Assembly: GCA_041288095.1 (NCBI GenBank)
Contig: JBGGMJ010000208.1
Location: forward strand, 1 to 12,294
Reading direction: 5' to 3'
DNA: 12,294 bases
From: Myxococcota bacterium
Lineage (GTDB): Bacteria > Myxococcota > XYA12-FULL-58-9 > JALHOP01
A program made the position numbers and the translations under genes. The notes under the pieces are model-generated. The model was not told the origin of the DNA, searched no databases, and was given only the letters and a program-made list of their open reading frames with translations. Shown here one piece after another: positions 1 through 7,047 of this stretch. The stretch's first letter is position 1; each line of letters begins with the position of its first letter.

Positions 1-2270
1 GGCGGCGCGCCGGTGTACATCCAGCGGTAGATTCCGTAGGTGCGCAGCACGCGCTTCACATAGCCGCGCGTCTCCTTGATGGTCATCTCCTCGGCGAAGA
101 CGTCGAAGTCGCCGCCCTGGAAGCGTGACCACCAGGTGGAGGCGACTTCTTCACCAGCGTTGTAGCCGGCGAGTGCGAGCGCCGGGCTGCCGCCGAGCTT
201 GCGCATGAGCTGCGCGAGGAGCGCGCCGCCCAAGCGGGCATTGAGGTGCGGGTCCAGGAGATCTTCGGCGCGTGCGAGCTTTGGCGGCGGCTTCAAGAGC
301 TGCGCCGCGCCACGGCCACTCGAGAGCAAGAGCTGCGTGAGACCGTAGGCACCGGCCCAACTCACGACTTGCTCGTTGAAGGCGCTCTCTTCGCGGGCCA
401 GAGCCTGCAAGAAGAAGGGTGGGAGCTTCGCTTCTTTCTCGGCGGGCTCGATGTGCTCGCGCATCGCCAGCGGATAGGCGGCGCGCCAGATGGGCGCGGT
501 CTCTTTCGTGGGCGCGGTCGAGAGCACATCGGCGAACTCGGTGCGCAAACGCCACTGCGCTTCGGCTTTCGCTTTGGCGCCGGCGCGATCGAGCAGCAAC
601 GCAATGACGAGACGCGGATGGATGCTCTCGGGAAGTGTCGCGCCGGAGCCCGCGACGGTGACGTTGCGCGCCGCTTCGCCGAGCGATTGCGCGTGCGCCG
701 AGCCCAGGACTTGGCGCGCCGGTACACCAACGGTCATGAGCTCCGCCGCGGCTTCCTCACCGAGACCACGCGACAGCAAAGCGAGGCCCCGCTTGTAAGC
801 GGCGTCGTTCTCGAGATCGCCGAGCCGCAGCGGAGGCACCGCGCCCTCTGGCAACGTAAAGCCCGCGGCCGCCGCTTTTCCGCGGTCGGCGTCGAGCGCG
901 ATCATGCGCGCCAGAGACACTTGCGCGTAGAACTCCAAGGGGTCCGCGCCCAGTACTTCGCTATAGCGGCTCAATGCCTCGGTCTTGTCGCCGCGCTTCT
1001 CGGCTTCACGCGCCAGCCAATAGAGCGCCCGGGCCTTGTCGAAGACCTCTTGGACACAGCCGTCGTCGGTGAGCAGTCGCTTGAAGCCATCACGCGCCGC
1101 CTCGCCCTTGTCGGCGCGGTAGTCCATCCACGCGAGACGCCAGCGCGCCTCGGCGCAGTGGTCGCCCTTCGCGCTCATCTTCTCGATGCGCGCGTAGTAG
1201 CTCTGCGCTTCCTTGATGCGGTCGCGACGCTGATAGATGTCGCCGGCCCAGAAGAGCACGTCGTCGACCATCGAGTGGTCGCCGTACTTCTTGGCGAAGG
1301 CGTCGATGACGGGCACCGAGCGCAGGCCGTCCCGCACCGAGATGACCTTGGCGTTCAGATAGTGGGCGCGTCGCTTGAGCTCTTCGTCCTTACAGATGCT
1401 GACGGCGCGCGTGAGGTTGGTCTCCGCTTCGGCGTACGCACGCAGCTTGCGCGCCGCGAGGCCCATCGCGAAGGCACGACGGCACGCGAGCTCCGGCCCG
1501 ATGGTCTTGTCGACGAGCGACTTCAAGGCCTCGAGCACGCGCTCGCTGCGATGCGCCTCCGCGAGCTTTTCGGCGCGAGAGATGATCTGCTCGCTCGTGA
1601 GCGTCACGCCCTTGGGCTCGGTCTCCGGCGTTTGAATCGAAACCGGCTCTTCGAGATAGCGCTTCAGGCGCCATTTCGTGGCGTCGTCCGCTTGCTTCTG
1701 CGCCTCGTAGGCGAAGGCGACCGCTTCGAGGAAGAAGCTGCGGGCGTCGGGATCATCGCCGGGCAAGAGCGTCTCGTAGACAGCGCGCTTCTCGATGAGC
1801 GTCCGTGGCTCGGCGACCGCGAGGCTCCGCACGAAGAGCACGGCGGCGCGGCTCGAGACCGCTTTGCTGGCACCACCGTCGACCAGGGGTTTGAGCACCG
1901 CGACGACCGCGGCTTCATCGTTGCGCGAGCGCATCCAGTGAGCGCGCTCGATGGCTGACCACGGCGCGACGACCGGATCTTTGTCTGCTTTAGCGAGCGC
2001 TTCCTCGAGCTGCGAAGCGACTTCGGGCTTGGTGAGGTCGTAAGCCGTACCGGTGCGCAAGACGCGGGCGCGGAGGAGTTGGGCAGCCGCGGTGTCGCTG
2101 CTCGCGGCCTTGGCGAGCGCGGCGGCGTCATCACGCTGGCGAAGCTTGGCCCGCGCTTCCTCGACGATCGGCGCCTCGGGTCGCATCGGCAGCTTGTTCA
2201 GATCGATGGTGGCGGGCGGCTTCGGCGCCGGTTGGACCAACAGGGACGTCACAATCAACAGGGCGCGCAT
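1..2270 (-). CDS. Soluble lytic murein transglycosylase, Slt70-like (helical/TPR-like repeats + C-terminal SLT domain); 3' end runs off the window
   Basis: Translated by hand; not in the ORF track because there is no stop in the window. ATG at 2270 (MRALLIVTSLLVQPAPKPP...), with the frame open to position 3. SLT motifs: LQALAREESAF (catalytic Glu codon 387-389), GAYGLTQLL, ALAGYNAGE, and FAEEMTIKETRGYVKRVLRTYGIYRWMY. TPR-like segments: DDVLFWAGDIYQRRDRIKEAQSYY, AEARWRLAWMDYR, ARALYWLAREAEKRGDKTEALSRYSEVL. Confidence 0.95.
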   Translation of the reverse strand, partial: MRALLIVTSLLVQPAPKPPATIDLNKLPMRPEAPIVEEARAKLRQRDDAAALAKAASSDTAAAQLLRARVLRTGTAYDLTKPEVASQLEEALAKADKDPVVAPWSAIERAHWMRSRNDEAAVVAVLKPLVDGGASKAVSSRAAVLFVRSLAVAEPRTLIEKRAVYETLLPGDDPDARSFFLEAVAFAYEAQKQADDATKWRLKRYLEEPVSIQTPETEPKGVTLTSEQIISRAEKLAEAHRSERVLEALKSLVDKTIGPELACRRAFAMGLAARKLRAYAEAETNLTRAVSICKDEELKRRAHYLNAKVISVRDGLRSVPVIDAFAKKYGDHSMVDDVLFWAGDIYQRRDRIKEAQSYYARIEKMSAKGDHCAEARWRLAWMDYRADKGEAARDGFKRLLTDDGCVQEVFDKARALYWLAREAEKRGDKTEALSRYSEVLGADPLEFYAQVSLARMIALDADRGKAAAAGFTLPEGAVPPLRLGDLENDAAYKRGLALLSRGLGEEAAAELMTVGVPARQVLGSAHAQSLGEAARNVTVAGSGATLPESIHPRLVIALLLDRAGAKAKAEAQWRLRTEFADVLSTAPTKETAPIWRAAYPLAMREHIEPAEKEAKLPPFFLQALAREESAFNEQVVSWAGAYGLTQLLLSSGRGAAQLLKPPPKLARAEDLLDPHLNARLGGALLAQLMRKLGGSPALALAGYNAGEEVASTWWSRFQGGDFDVFAEEMTIKETRGYVKRVLRTYGIYRWMYTGAP

Positions 2271-2569
2271 CAACCTTCCCCTTTGCCGCGAACCGGCGGC
2301 ACGCTCACGCTGAGCGGCGCCTCGACCAAGACACGACACGCGAGACGCATCCCGCGCGCGACGAGCAGATTGCCAAGCGCCCGGGTCTCCTCGGGCTGCA
2401 CCGGCGTTACCGCCCCGCTGACCGTGACGCGGCAGAAGTGGCAAATCCCACGGCCGCCACACGCGGTGCCGATGAGGACACCGGCGTTCACGAGCGCGTT
2501 CAAAAGGGTCATCCCCTTGGCACACCGGACCTCGCGTCCGTCGACCTCGATGCTGACCTCGTCGCTCAC
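2270..2569 (-). CDS. 2Fe-2S ferredoxin-type iron-sulfur protein (~99 aa)
   Basis: C-X5-C-X2-C motif (ACGGRGICHFCRV) plus a distal RLAC, with TLLNAL upstream, all typical of the fer2 fold. The likely start is GTG 2569 (VSDEVSIEVDGREV); the ORF track extends it to 2629. The stop TGA (2270-2272) overlaps the ATG of the transglycosylase. Confidence 0.92.
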   Translation of the reverse strand: MSDEVSIEVDGREVRCAKGMTLLNALVNAGVLIGTACGGRGICHFCRVTVSGAVTPVQPEETRALGNLLVARGMRLACRVLVEAPLSVSVPPVRGKGEG

Positions 2570-2670
2570 ACCGGCATCTTGCGTGGGATGCGGCGCGGCG
2601 CAAGGCTTTGGCCGGCCGAAAGGCCTCAAAGCGGGAAATCAGCCGGCTTCCATGCGTACGCGGTATTCTT

Positions 2671-2681
2671 TGTTAAGCTTA
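2671..2681 (+). promoter_or_regulatory. Candidate extended -10 promoter element (TG-T-TAAGCT) within the palindrome TAAGCTTA
   Basis: AT-rich patch in the divergent intergenic region, 13 nt upstream of ATG 2693. TAAGCTTA reads TAAGCT on both strands. Confidence 0.4.
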
Positions 2682-2692
2682 GTCCCACGCCC

Positions 2693-4483
2693 ATGACGTT
2701 CCCTTCCCCAAGGCTCGCAGCCGCATTCCTGGTCGGCTTCGCGCTCGCCTGCGGGGGCGACAATCGCGAACGAGGCGCGCCGTGCGACGACAGCAACGCC
2801 TGCGCGGTAGGGCTCACCTGCTTCGACGGCGCCTGCCGGGCACCGTGCAACTTGAGCACCGACTGTCCCGAGGGCACCGGCTGCACGGGCGGCCTCTGCG
2901 TGGAGCTCGCCACGGGCACGTGCGGGCAGTCGGCCGATTGCCGTGCTCCGCCCGATGCGTGCCACACGACGTTCGGCGCCCGCTGCCTCATGGGTCGCTG
3001 CGAGTACAGCCGCGCGACCACGCCGACCTGCCGCGAAGAGTGCACCACGGCCGCGAGCTGCGACGAGGCCGACACCTGCCAAGATCCGGCGAGCGCGCGC
3101 TGCGTGAACACCGGCTGCGTCTACGATCCGCGACCGAATGGTCAGGCCTGCGCGAAAGCAGGCTCGTCCGGCGTCTGCTATAACGGTAGCTGCGTCGATT
3201 GTGTCGAGAGCGCCGATTGTGACCCGCGTAGCTTCGGATACGACCTTTGCTACACCGGAACCTGCACGAACCGCGTGTGTAGCTTCGCCGAGATCGTGCC
3301 CTGCGATCTCGATGCGCTCGGCTCCGTCTGCGCCCAGGACGGCACCTGCCGCAGCGGCTGGTGCACCGACAGCCGATGCTGCGAATCGCGTTGCGACGGT
3401 GTCTGCGCCGACTGTGACACCAACGGCCGCTGCGACGACGTGCCGGCCGACGACTCCCGCTGCGGCAACATCGAGTGCAACGGCCTCGACACGGTCTGCC
3501 GCAATTACTTCGACTACAGCAACGTCACCGGCCAGCGCTGCGCCTCATTGGGGGCCTGCGTCCAACCCAACTCCGCGGACTGCGTGCTCTTCCAGAATGC
3601 GAGCAACGCCATGGTCTGCCGCGACGCAACCCTCGAGTGCGATGTGCCCGAGCTCTGCAATTCGGGGATTTGTCCAGCCGATGAGTTTCAAGGCGGCGGC
3701 TCTGTTTGCAACCCCGACCCCCCGCCCGGTGAGGACGACGGTCGCTGCGACGGCGTGACGCCCGAGTGCCGGCGCCTGCCCGTCATGCCGTTCGTCGCCC
3801 GCTACTTCATCGAAGAGCCGTCGACGGGAGCTGACCGCGTGGACTTCTTCGACAACCTGCCGCTCGCCTCCCAGGGAACCGGCGGCATCTCGCGCGTTCA
3901 AGCCTCGACGGGTGCAGGGGTTGCCTGGGCGTCGGAGGCCAGCGCCTACGTCTACTGCGCCCCGCTCGGCACCACGGATTTTTCCCAGACGCAGATGCTC
4001 CTGACGTTCGAAGCCGTGGTCACCATCGCCAACGGCACGAGCATGCCCGACTCGACCATCATCTTCATGGGGCCAGCGGGCACCGGACCGCGCATCAAGC
4101 TGGGTGTGAGGCGCGTCAGCATGGATCCAGCGGGACAAGTCACGTTCTCGGCGACCTTCGGCGATTCGACGGCTACGTACACGTGGCTCACGACCATCGG
4201 CGCACACGCGGTCGTGCACCTCGTCTTCGACGGCTATCAGGCCGCGGTCTCCAACGTCATGCGGCTGTTCATCGACGGCATCGAGGTCCCGCGACAGAAC
4301 GCGGGCACAGCTCCCTCGTCGTTCACGCTCGTGGACACCGACGTGCTCTGCATCGGCAACGATATGGTGGCCGGATCGGGGGCGTTCGCGGGCTCGCTCT
4401 GGTACGCCGCCGTCTACGACGAAGACATGACCGAGACCGAGATCATGGACGCCGCGATCCGCCTCAGCATCTCCGACGAATAG
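2693..4483 (+). CDS. Cysteine-rich lipoprotein (596 aa) with a disintegrin-like segment and a C-terminal LamG/concanavalin A-like domain
   Basis: ATG 2693 gives a signal peptide with a lipobox (MTFPSPRLAAAFLVGFALA-C). I counted 53 Cys, 50 of them in the repeat region. VCRDATLECDVPELCNSGICPAD resembles the disintegrin loop. The C-terminus has VVHLVFDG...MRLFIDG...LCIGND...FAGSLWYAAVYDEDMTETEI, matching the LamG-like jellyroll pattern. Confidence 0.85.
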   Translation: MTFPSPRLAAAFLVGFALACGGDNRERGAPCDDSNACAVGLTCFDGACRAPCNLSTDCPEGTGCTGGLCVELATGTCGQSADCRAPPDACHTTFGARCLMGRCEYSRATTPTCREECTTAASCDEADTCQDPASARCVNTGCVYDPRPNGQACAKAGSSGVCYNGSCVDCVESADCDPRSFGYDLCYTGTCTNRVCSFAEIVPCDLDALGSVCAQDGTCRSGWCTDSRCCESRCDGVCADCDTNGRCDDVPADDSRCGNIECNGLDTVCRNYFDYSNVTGQRCASLGACVQPNSADCVLFQNASNAMVCRDATLECDVPELCNSGICPADEFQGGGSVCNPDPPPGEDDGRCDGVTPECRRLPVMPFVARYFIEEPSTGADRVDFFDNLPLASQGTGGISRVQASTGAGVAWASEASAYVYCAPLGTTDFSQTQMLLTFEAVVTIANGTSMPDSTIIFMGPAGTGPRIKLGVRRVSMDPAGQVTFSATFGDSTATYTWLTTIGAHAVVHLVFDGYQAAVSNVMRLFIDGIEVPRQNAGTAPSSFTLVDTDVLCIGNDMVAGSGAFAGSLWYAAVYDEDMTETEIMDAAIRLSISDE

Positions 4484-4494
4484 CCTTGGGCTTC

Positions 4495-4523
4495 TTGACC
4501 TTTTCTCGGGCTTGCGCAGTGAT
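4495..4523 (+). promoter_or_regulatory. Candidate sigma70-type promoter for the sulfatase-like gene
   Basis: TTGACC (4495-4500), a 17-nt spacer, then a weak -10 AGTGAT (4518-4523) ending 5 nt before the ATG. No Shine-Dalgarno sequence. Confidence 0.35.
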
Positions 4524-4528
4524 GCGGT

Positions 4529-5848
4529 ATGCACCGCTTTTTCGTCCGCTTTAGTGTACTTGCTCTCTTGGTGTTGGGCACAGCCCTACCCGCGCGCGCG
4601 GAGAGCAAGCGCGAGCTCGTCATCTTGTTGCTCGTCGACGCCATGCGGCCCGATCACCTCGGCGCTTACGGCTATGCGAAACCGACGAGCCCCGTGATGG
4701 ACGGCCTCGCCGCCGAGGGCCAGCGCTACACCCGCGCCTACGTGAACGCGCCCTGGACGCGGCCGTCGACCACTTGTTTCCTCACCGGCTTGAACGCTTC
4801 ACGGCACCGCACCGAGACCGCGAAGAGCAAGCTGCCCGAAGACGTCACGACCATCGCGCAGCGGCTCGCAAAGGCAGGCTGGGCGACCGCTGGCTTCACC
4901 GCGAACGGCAACGGCGGCTCGCTCGCCGGCCTCGAAAAGGGCTTCCAACGCTTCGAGGATCCGACCAACACGTACACGAAGGCGGTGCGCGGCACGACCT
5001 ACAACGGTTTGCCGCACGGCCAGTTCATCGCCGAGAAGGTGCTCGGGTATCTGGCGGGCAGCAAGGCGCAGAAACAGTTCGTGTTCGTCTTCTTGGTCGA
5101 CCCGCACGACCCGTATGGCGCGCCGCCCGAGCTCGAGCAGCAGTTCCTGGGCAAGGACTTCAAAGGCACCATCCGCCGCAAAGCGCTCTGGGAGACCAAC
5201 AACAACTACCCGCCGGATGAGCTCTTCTCGATGCAGGCGATCTACGACGCCGGCATCAAGAACGCCGACCTTGCGATCGGCCAGATCGTCGAGGGCTTGA
5301 AGGGGCAAGGTCGCTGGAGCGACACGACACTGTTCATTTCAGCGGACCACGGCGAGGCCTTCGGCGAGCACGGCGTGTTTCTGCATGCCCACCACTTTTA
5401 CGACGAGATCATCAAGGTGCCGCTCATCGCGCACGGCGCGCGCTTCTCGCCGGGTGTGAGCGACCGGCTGACCCAGTCGATCGACGTGTCGGCCACCATC
5501 CTCGACATCGCCGGCGTCAAATCCGATCTGCCTGGAGTGTCGCTGCTGGCGCCGGCGGGCGTTCCGCGGGTCATCTCCGAATACAACGAGTTCGGTATCC
5601 ACCGTCAGGCCATCATCGCGGACAAAACCAAGGTCATCTGGCAGCGCCCGGCGGACGAGGAGGCGTTCATGCGTGAAGTGAAGAACAAGGCCTTCTTCCC
5701 CTCGGTCTCATTCGACAAAGATGTCGTGCATGCCTTTGATCTCGGGGCCGATCCGCAGGAGAAGAGCAATCTCGGGCCGGCGATGCCACCCAAGGCACAG
5801 ACGATGTTGAGTGAGCTCAAGGCCTTCGTGAACGGAGAAAAGAAGTGA
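4529..5848 (+). CDS. Exported sulfatase-like hydrolase/transferase (alkaline phosphatase superfamily)
   Basis: Sec signal ending in A-R-A. Motifs: LLLVDAMRPDHLGAYGY-x2-PTSP, APWTRPSTTCFLTG, DPHDPY, YDAGIKNAD, ISADHGEAFGEHG, VPLI, and FDLGADPQEKSNL. Confidence 0.92.
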   Translation: MHRFFVRFSVLALLVLGTALPARAESKRELVILLLVDAMRPDHLGAYGYAKPTSPVMDGLAAEGQRYTRAYVNAPWTRPSTTCFLTGLNASRHRTETAKSKLPEDVTTIAQRLAKAGWATAGFTANGNGGSLAGLEKGFQRFEDPTNTYTKAVRGTTYNGLPHGQFIAEKVLGYLAGSKAQKQFVFVFLVDPHDPYGAPPELEQQFLGKDFKGTIRRKALWETNNNYPPDELFSMQAIYDAGIKNADLAIGQIVEGLKGQGRWSDTTLFISADHGEAFGEHGVFLHAHHFYDEIIKVPLIAHGARFSPGVSDRLTQSIDVSATILDIAGVKSDLPGVSLLAPAGVPRVISEYNEFGIHRQAIIADKTKVIWQRPADEEAFMREVKNKAFFPSVSFDKDVVHAFDLGADPQEKSNLGPAMPPKAQTMLSELKAFVNGEKK

Positions 5849-5879
5849 CGAGCGGGGCGGGGTGGTCCGTTGGCAGCGG

Positions 5880-5897
5880 TGAAAGTAACCATTTTCA
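5880..5897. promoter_or_regulatory. AT-rich inverted repeat TGAAA-N8-TTTCA, candidate operator upstream of the dsbA-like operon
   Basis: TGAAAGTAACCATTTTCA stands out in the GC-rich context and lies ~35 nt upstream of a TAGGAT -10-like hexamer. Confidence 0.45.
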
Positions 5898-5930
5898 TTC
5901 GGGGTTCTTCCCTTCGAACTGCGACGCGGC

Positions 5931-5936
5931 TAGGAT
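5931..5936 (+). promoter_or_regulatory. -10-like hexamer TAGGAT, 7 nt before in-frame GTG 5944 (candidate leaderless start)
   Basis: TANNNT consensus with spacing that puts +1 at the start codon. Confidence 0.45.
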
Positions 5937-7041
5937 GCCGCGCGTGCCTGAATCTCGCTTCACTGATCGCCGCGATCGAACCGGCGCTCTCCGACTAGGT
6001 CTTTCGCTGATCGCGGTCGTGGCGTTCGCGACCGCGTGCGCTGCATCGGGGAATCAAGGGACGACCATCGTCGCCGCCGGACCGCAGACCGCCGCGAGTG
6101 ACCCGGTGCTCGGCACCGTCGACGGCGAGCCAATCCGCCAGAGCGATCTATCGAACCCGACGCGGCGCCGGCTCATCGAAGCAGAAAACGAGATGCAGCA
6201 GCGCCACATGCATCAGCTGTGGCTGTCGTTCGAAGACGAGCTCTCGAATCGTTTGATCACCCGTGAAGCCAAGCGCCGCAACGTGACCGCGGAAGCGCTG
6301 CGCAAGGAAGAGATCGACGACAAGACCCAGGTGCCGACCGATGCCGAGGTCCGCGCCATTTACGACCGCAACGCCGCCGACATCGAAGTGCCGTACGAGC
6401 AGGCCGCGCCGATCATTTCGCGTCAAATGCTGGCGCAATCCCGCGAAGAGACCGAGCGCGCGTACGTAGAGAAGCTGCGGGTCGCCGCCAAGGTCACCAC
6501 GACGATTCCGGTGCCGTCCTTGCCGCGTTACGACATCGATCTCGGCAAGGCCCCCGTCACCGGCAAGTCGGACGCCAAGGTCACCATCGTCGAGTTCAGC
6601 GACTTCCAATGCCCGTATTGCCGCGAGGCGCACCGTGTGATCGCCGAGCTGCAGAAGCTCTACCCGAACGACGTCCGCGTCGCCTACCGCGACTTCCCGT
6701 TGCCGCAGCATCCGCATGCACGGCCGGCGGCGCTCGCCGCGGAGTGCGCCAACGAGCAAGAGAAGTTCTGGCCTTATCATGACAAGCTGTTCCAGGATCA
6801 GAACGCGCTGGCATCGGCGGACTTGAATCGCTACGCACAAGAAGTGGGGTTGAAGCTCGATCAGTTTCAGGCGTGTCTTGCTGACGGACGCGCCGAGCGT
6901 GGGGTGAAGGAAGACGAGGAAGCCGCGCGTCGTCTTGGGGTCCAAGGAACGCCGGCAATGTTCGTCAACGGCATCAAGCTCATCGGCTTGCTACCGCTGC
7001 CCCTCATGCAGTCACTTATCGATCACGAGCTCGGAAGGTAG
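5935..7041 (+). CDS. DsbA-family thiol:disulfide oxidoreductase lipoprotein with an N-terminal helical (SurA/foldase-N-like) region
   Basis: VTIVEFSDFQCPYC active site, YRDFPL, AAECANEQEKFWPYHDKLF, and the cis-Pro loop GVQGTPAMFVNG. Hydrophobic leader ending in FATA-C (lipobox-like). VLGTVDGEPIRQSDL resembles foldase N-termini. The start is ATG 5935 or GTG 5944; the track's 5845 start is unlikely. Confidence 0.92.
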   Translation: MPRVPESRFTDRRDRTGALRLGLSLIAVVAFATACAASGNQGTTIVAAGPQTAASDPVLGTVDGEPIRQSDLSNPTRRRLIEAENEMQQRHMHQLWLSFEDELSNRLITREAKRRNVTAEALRKEEIDDKTQVPTDAEVRAIYDRNAADIEVPYEQAAPIISRQMLAQSREETERAYVEKLRVAAKVTTTIPVPSLPRYDIDLGKAPVTGKSDAKVTIVEFSDFQCPYCREAHRVIAELQKLYPNDVRVAYRDFPLPQHPHARPAALAAECANEQEKFWPYHDKLFQDQNALASADLNRYAQEVGLKLDQFQACLADGRAERGVKEDEEAARRLGVQGTPAMFVNGIKLIGLLPLPLMQSLIDHELGR

Positions 7042-7047
7042 TTGGAC

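Noticed and set aside
246..1958. 570-aa + strand ORF
   Set aside because: Antisense shadow of the lytic transglycosylase, which carries the recognisable motifs. Long stop-free antisense frames are expected at high GC3.
2438..2692. N-terminal extension of the Cys-rich ORF to 2438
   Set aside because: Overlaps the ferredoxin on the opposite strand; the signal peptide begins at ATG 2693.
2780..3770. DNA-level tandem repeat or array in the Cys-rich gene
   Set aside because: The recurring TGC codons reflect protein-level Cys periodicity; I saw no long exact nucleotide repeats.
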